Shown piece by piece: positions 26,629-38,560 of a DNA stretch of 64,000 nucleotides. The notes under the pieces were generated by a model. The model saw nothing but the letters and a program-made list of their open reading frames with translations, made no database searches and was not told the DNA's origin. This DNA is from Cetorhinus maximus (taxonomy: Eukaryota). Within the stretch, counting starts at the first letter, position 1. Every line of letters starts with the position of its first letter. Made by a program: the position numbers and the translations under genes. The DNA lies in assembly GCF_964194155.1 (NCBI RefSeq), contig NC_135889.1, positions 110,360,001 through 110,424,000 on the forward strand. Direction: 5' to 3'.

Positions 26629-27149
26629 CTGCTGTAAAAGGATATGCCGTCTGAATTAGACAGAGGAAGCTCAAGTGGAGCATAAACACTGGCATGGACA
26701 AGTTGGGCTGAATGATCTGTTTCTGAACTGTAATTACTTCAAGAACAGCATGAAGTTCTCCTGATTACCTTGCCAACATTGCTCTCTCAACAAACACTAA
26801 TAAACCTAAATAAATAAATTTTACTAATAAATTTGCTTTTATCTAATCAACCAATTATCTGGCCATTCATTCACTTAATGTGTGCAGATTAGTTGTCAGC
26901 CAACATAAACAACAGCAATTGTTCAAAATCAATGCAGTGGTTGAGGAGTGCTTTAAGGATGCATAAAATGCTGTAAAGATTTTTTCCTTCAAAATAACTG
27001 AATGTTGCAAAGGGAATATGATCAGGGTCGAGTGACAGGGGCAGGGGTGGTGTTGACGTGCGGGGGAAGGAGCTTAGGGGGTCAACTTTAATGATAGGTT
27101 AGCCTTAGATTTTCATTTGCCAAGACTCAGAGATTTTCACCAGCAAGAT

Positions 27150-27295
27150 ACAGTAGTTCTGTTGAAGAGTCATTGGACTTGAAACGTTAACTGCATTCCT
27201 CTCTGCAGATGCTGTCAGACCTGCTGAGTTTTTCCAGGTATTTTTATTTTTGTTTTTGTTTTGGATTTCCGGCATCTGCAGTTTTTTGCTTACAT
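27150..27295. mobile_element. Penelope-like terminal repeat fragment
   Basis: Same family and orientation as the right arm at 26490-26628. Confidence 0.75.
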
Positions 27296-27329
27296 CATCA
27301 CTCGATTGATTCCTGGATAAAAGGGTTAT

Positions 27330-29280
27330 AAAAATACGAATTAGGAGCAGGGGTAGGCCACTCGGCCCCTCGAGCCAGCTCCACCATTCAATAAGATCAT
27401 GGTTGATCTGAATGTAACTTCAACCCCACATTTCTGCCTACCCCTGATAACCTTTCACCCCTTGTTAATCAAGAATCTATCTAGCTCTGCCTTAAAAAAT
27501 TACAAAGACTCTGCTTCCACCACCTTTTGAGGAAGAGAGTTCCAAAGACTCACAACTCTCAAAGAAAAATTTTCTCCTAATCTCCGTATTAAATGAATGA
27601 CCCCTTATTTTAAACAGTGTCTCCTAGTTCTGAATTCTCCCACAAGGGGAAACATCCTTTCCACATCCACCCTGTCAGGTCCCCTCAGGATCTTAAAGGT
27701 TTTAATTAAGTCACCTTTTACTCTTCTAAATTCCAGTGGATACAAGCCTAACCTGTCCTGCCTTTCCTGATAAGACATCCCACCAATTCTTGGTATTAAT
27801 CTAGTAAACCTCTGAACTGCTTCAAATGCATTTACATCTTTCTTTAAATAAGGAAACCAGTACTGTACACAATACTCCAGATGTGGTCTCACCAATGTTC
27901 TGTACAACTGAAGCATAACCTCCCTACTTTTGTAATCAATTCCCCTCACAATAAATGATAAAATTCTATTAGCTTTCCTAATTACCTGCATACTAACCTT
28001 TTGTGATTCATACACTAGGACACCCAGAGCCCTCTGAGTCTCAGAGCTCTGCAATCTCTCACTATTTAGATAATAAGCTTCTTTTTTATTCTTCCTGTCA
28101 AAATGAATGATTTCACATTTTCCCCACATTATACTCCATTTGCCAGATCTTTGCCCACTTACTTAAAGCATCTATGTCACTTTGTAGCCTCCTTACGTCC
28201 TCTTCACAATTTACTTTCCTACCTCTCTTTGTGTCGTCAGCAAATTTAGCCACCATTCCTTCGGTCCCTTCATCCAACTCATTTATATATGTTGTAAAAA
28301 GTTCAGGTCCCAGCACTGATCCCTGTGGTACACCATTCGTCACATCCTGCCAACCAGAAAAAGACCTATTTATACCAACTCTCTGCTTTCTGTTAGCTAG
28401 CCAATCTTCTATCCATGCCAATATGTTTGCCACTACATCATGAGCTTTTATTTTCTGCAATAATCTTTGATATGGCACTTTATCAAATGCCTTCTGCAAA
28501 TCTAAGTATAGTGCATCCACTGGTTCCCCTTTATGCACAGCGCAAGTGATTCCTTCAAAGAACTCCAATAAATTGGTTAAACATGATTTCCCTTTTACAA
28601 AACCGTGTTGACTCTGCCTGATTACCTTGAATTTTTCTATAATATCTTTAATAATAGCTTCTAACATTTTCCCTATGACAGGTGTTAGGCTAACTGGCCT
28701 ATTGTTTCCTGTTTTCTGTCTCCCTCCCTTTTTGAATAAAAGAGCTATATTTGCTATTTTCCAATCTAATGGAACCTTCCCTAAATCTAGAGAATTTTGG
28801 AAAATTAAAACCAGTGCATCAACTATCTCACTAGCCACTTCTTTCGATACCTTAGGGTGAAGTCCATCTGGGCCTGGGGATTTGTCAGCTCTCAGCCCTA
28901 ACAATTTGCTCAATACCACTTCCCTGCTGATTGTAATTTTCCCGAGTCCCTCCCTCCCTTCTATTTCCTGATTTACAGCTATTTCCGGGATGTTACTTGT
29001 CTCCTTTATAATGAAGACCGAAGCAAAATACCTGTTTAATTCATTCGCCATCTCCTTACTTTCCATTATCAGTTCCCCAGATGCATTCTTTATAGGACCA
29101 ATGCTCACTTTGATAACTCTTTTCTTATTTAAATATCTACAGAAACTCTTACTATCCATCTTTATATTACCAGCTAACTTTCTCTCTTACTCTAATTTTT
29201 CTCTCCTTATTAATGTTTTTGCCATTCTTTGCTGTTCTTTATATTCTTTTCAATCTTCTAACCTGCCACCCGTCTTTGTG
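27330..29280 (-). mobile_element. CR1 LINE, 5'-truncated, RT domain nearly intact
   Basis: The 348-aa and 174-aa ORFs contain KSPGPDGLHP, RPVSLT, QHGFVKGKSCLTNL, LDLQKAFDKV, GVPQGSVLGP, KFADDT and LVRPHLEYCVQYW. One frameshift lies near 28120 and the 3' tail is at ~27335. Confidence 0.95.
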
Positions 29281-29284
29281 TATG

Positions 29285-29692
29285 AGCTTATGAGGAAAGG
29301 TTGGATAGCCTGGGCGTGTATCCATTGGAGTTTAGAAGAATGAGAGGTGATCTTATTGAAACATACGAGATCCTGAAGGGACTTGGCTGGGTGGGTGCTG
29401 AAAGGATGCTTCCCCTTGTGGGAGAGACTAGAACCAGGGGACAGAGATTAAAAATAAGGGGTCTCCCATTTAAGATGAAGATGAGAAGAGATTAGAGGAG
29501 AAGTGGAGGCAGGGTCATTGAATATCTTTAAGGCTGAGTTACATAGATTCTTGACTGACAAGGAAGTCAAAGAGTATAGGGGTAGACAGGAAAGTAGAGG
29601 CCACAGTCAGATTAGCCATGATCTTATCAAATGGCAGAGTAGTCTCGAGGGGCTGAATGGCCTACTCCTGCTCCTAATTCGTATGTTTGTAT
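29285..29692 (+). mobile_element. CR1 3' end; its 5' continuation is at ~27298-27329, split by the minus-strand CR1
   Basis: LEFRRMRGDLIETYEILKG motif. The stub GATTGATTCCTGGATAAAAGGGTTAT at ~27304 is collinear with TTATGAGGAAAGGTTGG at ~29288. Confidence 0.8.
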
Positions 29693-31498
29693 CATTGACA
29701 CCATCAGCTAGCCACTCAGAACCCAAACACAAGCTTAACAACTAAGCTGACATCAACTAAATTGCAAATGTCATTCATGACTGGACATGGACCACCAAGC
29801 AGACTCCAATCCTACCTGTAAACCGAGTCGCAGAGACTGACTGTCTGCCCAGTAGCTGGAACCCAACTACCAGCCCACAAATCTAGAAGCCAGCACCACA
29901 ATTGCCAGCCTGAATTTACAGTCCAACGACAGGATCCAAATTCCCTTCAACTATTAACTACCCAATACCATGGCTTTCTCAAATTGCCAGGTTGAAATCA
30001 AAAAATAGTACAGCATAGAAGGAGGCCATTTAGCCAATCCGATCTGTGCTGGCTCTTTCAAAGGCAGTCCAGTTAGTTCTGCACTCTTGCTCCCTCCCCA
30101 TATCTCTGCAATTTTTAACTCCTTCTAACTAGCCACCTGATCCAAGGATATCAACAGCTCCCTTTCTTGGGATCTAATGCCCAGCCATTTAAAACTGCAT
30201 CATAACCCAACTAACCTTTATCCCTCCACGATTGAACCATTATTCCACCTCTAATCTCTTTTTCCTGTCTAGGGCTCTTTATCATCACCTAGTTGCACTC
30301 TCACCTCTCCTGCTGTTCCCTATTCAAATCTTTATAGTTTGCTTTTTGATCTTCACAGCACACTGTGAGACCACTATGGTTAAAATCACCAATGACAATG
30401 TGACTGTAAATCCAGTGTGCAATTCCTTATTATTCTTCTTGACCACTCTGTGGTGTTTAACAGGCGAGTTCATCACCCCTTTCTTAATTGTTCATCACCA
30501 TTGCTTAAACTTCTGCTGTTTTCATTTCTACCTGACCTGATGCAGCCAGCACAGCTGCTATAATGGCTTCTCCTTCCAACACTGTATAGTCAACTAAGGA
30601 GGGGTCAAAGGATGATACCTTGAGAGACTCCTATTTGCTTGTACGTTCTGTCCTTCAATGATGTTATCTGTAGGCATGAAATCAATTTTTCTATGTATAT
30701 AGATAATAGCACCTCTCTGGCACCAACCTGAACTCCACCAATAAGACTGCACCGCTCGATGGTTTGTCTGATACCAAATGTGTTAAGTTCAAAATCTCCA
30801 TTCTCATTTTAAAAACCCAAATACACCTTCAAATCCTACATGCCAGGCTCCACTTTTCCAACTGCAGCCTCTTTAGCATCTCTCCGTTAATTTTATACCC
30901 TAATGTAACAGCCTCCAGGTGCCTGGAACATTCATACTAAACACCTCCACATTATTACATCTTTCTCCATCTTCAAAAGCCTCCTCAAGATTCATCTCTT
31001 TGACCATAGTTTGCCATCTAAACTAAACATTTTCCCGACTGTTGCTCAGCATCAAGTCTAGCCCTTGTGAAGTACCTTGGGATTTTATGATTTAGATTAG
31101 AAGGCACTTAATAAAGGAAAGTTGCTGCTGAATTCTGCTGGGAAGATTCAGCACTGTACAATCCTTCATGGCTTAAGCTGAAATGCAATTGAACCTTTTA
31201 AGATACTCTAATATGGTTACAAAAATGTGCTTATTTCTCATTTCATCTTTAATTAGGGTTCCAATATGGCTCACCCAAAGTAGGCAGGATTGCATTTATT
31301 GTCCACTCCAATAGCCCAAAGAAGATGGTGGTGAACCTTCTGCAGTGTTTTTACAATTGAGCAGCTTTTGGTACAATTCAAATAGCATTAAGAGTGAATC
31401 TCAATATGTGGTTGGGATCATAAGAACCAGGCCAGGTAAGGATGGAAGCTCCATGGTCATTTATTTATGGTGCCAAACCATGGAATTTTAGAACTATT

Positions 31499-32265
31499 GG
31501 CTAGGATTTTGTTGGGCCGATGGGAATTGGATGGGGTGGGGGGGTCTTACCCACCAATTGGAGAACTGGTGGGGGTACCCCCATAAGTTCCATGCAGGAG
31601 GCTCAACAGAATCACGTGCCCTTCAGGCACTTAATTGACTGCCATCAGGCCTTCCCAGAGATTGAAGTCCCCAGCGGCTGAAGTCCTGCCCACCGAGAGC
31701 TGTTGGACAATCAAGAGGCCAACAGCTCATCATTGCTGCTAGCGCCAGCAAGAGTAGTGGCTGTTGGTGGCACAGCACTCAGCTGAGGCCCAGGATCGTG
31801 GAGGGTCAGCAGGCCACAGGTGAGTGAAGGTGGGATGGGCATCGGAGGCAAGGGCAGGGGGAGTGGCTTTCAGTGGCCACTCCCTTTCCGATGCTGGATC
31901 CTTATTCAGGCAGAGTGTCTGAAAACATATCCACCCCCCGACCATCTGGGAGGCCATTGGCAAACCAAACAGATTTTGCCAGGCGACTTTGAGGGTGCAA
32001 GAGATCCATGCGGCTTCAATTTAATCCATGAGCCACCACTAAATTGCGGTGGGCTCAGGGATAATGGGTATCAATTAACTCATTAATGAACCTAATTGAC
32101 ATCCCATTGATGCTGGCCAGGAATTCCATGTCAGTTTCTTCTGCCCTCTGACTTAATCAGGAGAGGTGTTCCCACTGCCAGGAGACTGTAATGGAGCCTC
32201 TCTCATAATTAAGTGGGCCTGGCTGCCATAGTTCCCGCTATAACAGGCTATGTAAAATCCATCCC
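31499..32265. mobile_element. Harbinger-type non-autonomous DNA element
   Basis: ATT|GGCTAGGATTTT ... AAAATCCATCCC|ATT: imperfect TIRs, a 3-bp duplication and a GC-rich interior. Confidence 0.55.
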
Positions 32266-32499
32266 ATTAAATTCAACTTCATAACATATCCTAGTGGAAT
32301 CTATTGCTGGTCTAGTATCATAGACACAACATTACCAGACCCTACTTAAGTGAACATTCACAGGTCATAAGGTGAGTTCCTGATCTGAATGAGAGAATTA
32401 CATGAAATATGGGGCCTAGCAATGCACAAATCAGCATTTTTCCTACAAAACTGGGTGACAACGCTTCCAGTGTAACTCAATCTGTGAAACACTGGATCA

Positions 32500-33040
32500 T
32501 CCTGAGGATATTGGTCCCCTTATCTAAGGAAAGATATCCTGGCATTGGAGGCAACCCAGAGAAGGTTCACTAAGTTGATCCCGGGTATGGAGGGATTTTC
32601 TTATGAGGAGAGGTTGAGTAGGTTGGGCCTGTGCTCATTGGAGTTTAGAAGAATGAGAGGCAGCCTTATTGAAACATATAAGATTCTTAGGGGGCTTGAT
32701 AGGGTAGATGCTGTGAGGTTATTTCCCCTTGTGGGAGAGTCTAGGACCAGAGGGCATAATCTCAGAGCCCATTTAAAACAGATGAGGAGGAATTTCTTCT
32801 CTTAGAGGGTAGTGAATCTGTGGAATTCTTTACCATAAAGGGCTGTAGTGGCTGGGTTGTTAAGCATATTTAAGGCTGAAATAGACAGATTTTTAATCAG
32901 TAAGGGAATCAAGGGTAATGGGGAAAAGGCAGGAAAGTGGAGTTGAGGATGATCAGATTAGCCAGGGTCTCATCGAGTGGCGGAGCAGACTTGATGGGTC
33001 GAATGGCCTACTTCTGCTCCTACATCTTATGGTCTTATAT
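32500..33040 (+). mobile_element. CR1 3' fragment
   Basis: QRRFTKLIPGMEGFSYEERLSRLGLCSLEFRRMRG followed by a CR1 tail. Confidence 0.9.
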
Positions 33041-33897
33041 TTCTTAGCTGCATAATGCTGTCTTGAGCAATTGCAATGTGATAATGCACTATGATCAGAA
33101 AACCATTTACAAGCCATCCCCGGTCTCTTTGAGAAGTTTGAATTATCATTTGATTTGTTCTATGAAAGGTATTAATGGGAGATTTCCAAGAATGATTGTC
33201 CCTGACACCTATTAATAAAAGGACACTGAAAAGTACTATGATTCTTTTAACTCCCTGCTTGAAAATGATGGTTCTACGATCTTGAAAAATGAGAAAATCA
33301 AACCAATTTAACTGGTTATGTTTGTATTTGAATATATCTCTGAATACATAGGCTTTTACCTCACTTTATGTATATTTAGACTGTGCTTAATATTCTTAAT
33401 AAGCCTTTTAAAATTGTAATTATATTCATTATAGTTTTAAGTTTATTAGTCATTCTGAAAAATGAGCATGACAGTGTAACATTCAAGTGAATATATATCA
33501 GTAAGGTTATCCCTGGCATGGGTTAATTGTTGCCCTTAATGTTATGCAATTGTGCAAGGATAGGTCACATTAAAAAGTACCTTTTTGAATTATAGAAAGC
33601 AAGGTCCGCTGGTGGGAACTGTTTTGGAGAAAAACATTCAATAAAAAATAAAATTATATTGCTTATGATACATTTAATTTTGTTTCTGCAAACACATTTA
33701 TTAAATTTTAGATGAGTGGTTCACAAGAAATGTGCATTTATCTGTAGATAAAAGGCAGGATAACCGCGGATAGTCCCTACAACATGTTCCAGCTGTTAAG
33801 GCGATCACCATATGTTCAGGGCATGCTCAATATAAATGTCATTATCTATAAACTTAGTTAATTTTTAATGGTTAGTGACAATTTAAATCCAGATCTG

Positions 33898-33962
33898 TAT
33901 AAAAGCAAACAGTGAACCTTTTAATTTATTTCCTGTTTAACCTTCTTCCAGCAAGGCTCTCA
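33898..33962 (+). promoter_or_regulatory. TATA box and probable short non-coding exon 1 of the FReD gene
   Basis: TATAAAA at 33898-33904. Consensus donor CA|GTAAGT at 33962/3, then a 75-nt intron to TTTTGCAG (34037), 10 nt before the ATG. Confidence 0.6.
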
Positions 33963-34047
33963 GTAAGTGTGGAGGAATTTGATATAAATTTAAAAGTTAA
34001 TTTATAAGATTAACTTATGTGCTTCATCCTTTTGCAGGTTTTCAATC

Positions 34048-34231
34048 ATGAATTTCCACAATCAGTTAATGGCTTTTGCAGCTATTCTGCTGTCTGCTCA
34101 GAGTTTTACTTCGGCAGCTCAGAGTATACTGACCTACAAACAAATGCAACTTAAAGTAGCTAATGCTGCTTTGATACATGAAAGCCAAGTGCACAAGGTC
34201 ATAAATATGAGAGATATATTTCTGAAAACTG
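34048..34231 (+). CDS. Fibrinogen-related (FGL1-like) secreted protein, coding exon 1: signal peptide plus short linker
   Basis: MNFHNQLMAFAAILLSAQSFTSA is a hydrophobic signal-like N-terminus. The exon is preceded by an acceptor and ends at a phase-1 donor G|GTAAGC that matches the phase-1 acceptor at 35583/4. Confidence 0.85.
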
Positions 34232-35583
34232 GTAAGCAATTTCAATAATATTTTTCTGAAAACTTTGGTGTGAACATCAATGAGTTTTCCCTCTTAACTT
34301 ACATATTTTAATTCAAAAATAAGGTTCAGCATTACATTTTTGTTCTCAGTGTCTCAATAATCCCTATGTCTGGTATGGTGCAGCCGACCATGGAATAAAA
34401 CTTTCTATGTTCTGTCTTAATCAGGTCAGGAGAGAACTCACTGCATTCATCAGTATACATTTTCTATTTTGAACACTCTTTAGTCCTTTTTTTAAAGAAT
34501 TGCAATTTAGAGTTTTTTTTTGTCAATGATCACAAATTTGTACTGGTTTTCAAGGAGATATCATAATTGAGAACAAACAGTGGTTTTGTTTTACTTTTTC
34601 ATTTTATAAAGCGTCTTTATATGATTTGAAAGACTCTGTGATCCCAATTTAAAATGAAAACAAGGCCAACTTTTTTTTTCATTTAACCACTTACTCAATG
34701 TATGGTATGAATGGATGAAAAATTCTTAGGAGGATACAATCATAGCTCATTGGTAGCACTGACTAATGACTCAATCAGAATTTGGTCGACATCAACAGCA
34801 CTGGGCTACAAAATGAGATCACCAGGCATTATGCAAACTAGAATTTCGGTTTTCCCTGTCCACAAAATCAGTTTTGAAATGACTTTCCCTTCTTTAAAAT
34901 AATTCCCAAATGGAAATATTTGTCCTTGACTATTGCAAATGTAAGGAATTAAGGGAATGGTGTGCGCAATTTTCTGATATTCACTCATGGTGGGCAGACT
35001 TTTGCACCTGGGCTAGACCTGGAAAATTTTACCATAGATATTCGTGACATTTTAGATGTTACAAGTATAAGTATCTATCCTCTTAAAAGAAACGTATTTA
35101 AAACAAGAGAAAGAAAGCCCCTTTGGCGTAGAAGCTGAGAGATTCAAGCAACAGGTAAAAAGAAACTTCCTTGGTGGTTAAGTGATTAACTGAGTTGACA
35201 ATGTGCCTTAGACTGTAATAATTTTCATATCCTCAGGATGATCCAGTGGTTTCACAGATTGAGTTACACTCGAAGCGTAGTCACCCAGTTTTGTCGGAAA
35301 AATGCTGATTTGTGCACAGCCAGGCCCCACATGAAAGGCAACCAATTCTTCCAATTTAAACTACAGTATAATGGAAAATATAAAAGTTCTATAAATAGCA
35401 TGCTTGGTAGAAAGGTTTTTTTAGGGGCTACATTATTTTACCGAGTTGCATGTTTATTCATAATGTGCCATCTTCTTAAAATAGTTATGAATGTATTTAA
35501 GACACAAGTAAACCAAGCACGGCCATTCATGCAAAAATATACATTAAAATATGCATCAAAAAATTTAATGCTTGTTGTTACAG

Positions 35584-36242
35584 CAAGATTCTCCGAAGAT
35601 TGCGCCAGTCTCCGTCGCCGAGGTTTCACTGAAAGTGGCCTCTACGTGATCCACCCACAACCGACAAAAAAAACGCCCCCCATTGTGGTCAACTGTGACA
35701 TGGCCTATGACTGCGGTATCGGATACACCGTGCTGCATCGGAACAGCAGAGGCAGCGAATTGACGTGGAACGAGACATGGACTACATACAAGTTCGGCTT
35801 TGGCAACATTCAGGGTGACCACTACATTGGCAATGAATACATGTACTACTTAACTAACCAGAAGTGGTATAAAGCAAGAATAATTATAGATGGAAAGAGC
35901 TACGCTGAGTATGACATCTTCCGGTTAGATAATGAGAAGACACACTATAGGCTGTATCTTGGTGCATACAGGGGTAATGCTGGTGATGCACTGGCAAATT
36001 ATACAAACATGGTTGATAATATGCCATTTAGTTCAAGAGATATGGATGCTGATGGTGATGCAGATAACTGTGCTTCAAAGTATGGCGGTGGGTGGTGGTT
36101 TGACACTTGCTCTACTACAAACCCATTTGCCATGTTGACCCAAAAAGAGAACATTCACTGGGAACCTTTCGGCAAGGACGCGAACCATGTCACTCTCATG
36201 GTCAAACCTGTCAAAATGTATTGCCGCTCTGAAGGTTACTAA
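35584..36242 (+). CDS. Fibrinogen-related (FGL1-like) secreted protein, coding exon 2: complete fibrinogen C-terminal domain
   Basis: Acceptor CTTGTTGTTACAG. FReD motifs: EDC, SGLYVIHP, VNCDM, W..YKFGFGN, IGNE, YAEYDIFRL, YRLYLGAYRGNAGDAL, NMPFSSRD.D.D, NCA....GGWWFDTC. Spliced CDS is 184+659=843 nt = 280 aa plus stop. Confidence 0.93.
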
Positions 36243-36355
36243 TTGTAGGTGAAAAACTAGTCTTACTTCAAAATGCAAATATCCTTTTGTGAAATCTGTA
36301 ACCGGGACAATATAGTCCAGATTCTCCATGCCGGGACCTTCGGTGTAATCTAAAA

Positions 36356-36361
36356 AATAAA
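36356..36361 (+). terminator. Polyadenylation signal of the FReD gene
   Basis: AATAAA ~115 nt after the stop, with a T/GT-rich tract downstream. Confidence 0.65.
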
Positions 36362-37254
36362 ATTAATTAAAGCACCCATGTACGTTTTTGGTGACTGAAG
36401 ATTATTTTAACAAGCAAAGTAAAAATGTGTCTGCCTCCTACCCTTATTTAAACACAGCATAACGGGGCCAATTTTAATTTTCTTCATTGGCAAAAAAAAC
36501 TGATGGTAATGGATCAAGCACCTGTTTCTCACCATGGAAAGATATAGAGAGTGGTACATAACAAATGGATTGATCAGCTACCGCCAGTCTTGCACCCATG
36601 TTCAAATTATCCAGCTGGTGCCCCTTAAAATGTTATCCCGAGACAGTGAAAGATGCTGGGCAAATGCAAGGTGTTTTTTGCCCTTTGTGGAGTTAGGAAA
36701 AACAAGAGTTCCACAGGGAAACTGCAGGTAGCTGCAGGCCCATACATATGCCCCCAACATTCGCTACCCCTCACCCCACCAGGGCCTCGATTGGCATTGC
36801 AGCCCCCACTAAATTGGTGCAGAGGAAACTGGCGAGATTTCTCAGGACCGCCAATAGGTACATGGAGCTTAATGTGATTAATCAGATGAGGCTCCTTGGA
36901 CCTATGGATTCTAAAGCGCTGTGAGCCCACCATCCATTTGAGGCTCCAAAATGAATTTTCCTACATCATGCATACTAAGTTCAGCACATAATGGCGGCTT
37001 TAGCTACTCACCTGTGCTATTACTTTTCAGCCTATGAGGCTGTGGCAGAGGAACAAAGCTGGCCTATATTGAGGAAATTTTCAATTGCCATCGACTTGGG
37101 GAGGGGGTGAAGTTAGGATAATTAATTTAGCATGGTCGCAGGATTGGATTTGGCAAAAGTCCCAGGAAATAATGATGTAGCCTGAATAATGTTGTCAATG
37201 AATGAAATGCTGCAGCTATGTTAATCCAGTGGTGTAAATTGTTTTTTTTAAAAA

Positions 37255-37570
37255 AAAATACATTCATGGGGTGCAAGCCTTGCTGCCAAAGATAACACTT
37301 ATTGTCCATTCCAATTTGTCCTTGAAAAGGTGATGGTGAGCTATATTCTGGAACTCCTGCAATCATTGTGGTGAAGGTACTCCCACAATGATGTTAGGTA
37401 AGGGGTTTTAGAATTTTGACCCAGTGACAATGAAGGAATGGAAAAATAAATTTCCAAGTCAGGATGGTGTGTGGCTCAAAGAGGAACTTGCAGGTGGCGG
37501 TGTTCCCACGTCCTAGTGCCCGTGTTCTTCCAGGTGTTCGCAGGTCGTGGACTTGGGAGCTGCTGCCAAA
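37255..37570 (-). mobile_element. LINE family A 3' fragment
   Basis: Matches the family A tail. Confidence 0.75.
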
Positions 37571-38229
37571 GGAGGAAATTATAAGCCAAAGTACACCAAT
37601 GTTGTTTGGTGGTATAAAAAAATTAAAATTGTTGTTAGGGAAAAAGATCAGTTTATGTACACCAGTGATAAACAATTACGCCCCTGAAATTCTGAGGGCA
37701 AATCCTATTCTCAGTAAAACGGGGCAGAAGCCATTCAGGCAGTTTTCTGCTTCAACGTTGACCCCCATCCCATCCTTGAATTCTACAGGCCTTTTCTGTT
37801 CAACTGTCAGCTCCCATTTAACATACGTTAAAAATAAGGCCTTTGGCACTGCAGCCATGAATTTATAGGTGTTCCGCCCACAAAAGGTTGTGTTATAAGA
37901 AATACAAGGTATAGCTGCTGCCGAGGTTGGCCGAGACTGTCAAAAGTGAGGAGTTTTGAGCCTGAAGATTACTGAAAGTTCAAAATTAAATACTGTATTT
38001 GGGAACAATTTTTTGGAGGGATAACTTTTGGGCTCAGTTTGGACTTGGCTCTGACTACCTGTGGACATCAGAGACCTCTGAACTCCAACCCCCACATTTC
38101 AACAGTAGGGATGACGTACATTTGTCAGAGAAGTTTAGGGACAAAATTCCAGAGTAGAGGGCCCAGGCGACTGCCTGGCATCAGAACACAAATGATAACT
38201 GAACTCTTCTCTTCTATTTTCCTTAACTC

Positions 38230-38560
38230 TCTGAGGCCTGAACTGATAATCCAGAGAATGAGTTTAAATCCCACCACAGGAGTTTGAGAACTTGAACTGT
38301 TACAAAACATACAGTATTGAAATAAAAAACTAATGTCAGCAAAAGTGACCAAGTGAAATTATTGGATTGTCATAAAGGCCCAGCTGTTTCCTTAATATAT
38401 CTTGGGGAAGGGAACCTACTTGTTCTCACCTAATCCAGCCTATAAAGTACTCCAGGTCCGTGCAAACGTCCCTCTGAAGCAGCCTAACAAACCACCCAGT
38501 TGTCAGGATAACTGGGATGGACAAGACATGCCAGCCTTTGGACTGTGCTTGCACAGCCCG
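38230..38560 (+). mobile_element. tRNA-derived SINE ending in a LINE-A-like tail
   Basis: B-box-like GAGTTTAAATCCC, body AAGGGAACCTAC and tail GGGATGGACAAGACATGCCAGCC. A related reversed copy lies at ~8740-8950. Confidence 0.5.

Larger units (their letters stand above)
22740..26975 (+). mobile_element. tRNA-derived Deu-domain SINE split by nested insertions (halves ~22740-22935 and ~26738-26975)
   Basis: A-box-like GTGACTCAGTTGG head. The Deu domain breaks off after AAAGGATCC...TATTATTGA and resumes at TTCAAGAACAGCATGAAGTTCTCC...GCCAACATT. Confidence 0.6.

Noticed and set aside
27605-29159. Domesticated or active reverse transcriptase gene
   Set aside because: 5'-truncated (no endonuclease), frameshifted, ordinary CR1 copy.
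35238-35583. First 115 aa of the 334-aa ORF as the N-terminus of the FReD protein
   Set aside because: No signal peptide and AT-rich intron-like sequence. A phase-matched acceptor at 35583 joins the signal-peptide exon instead.
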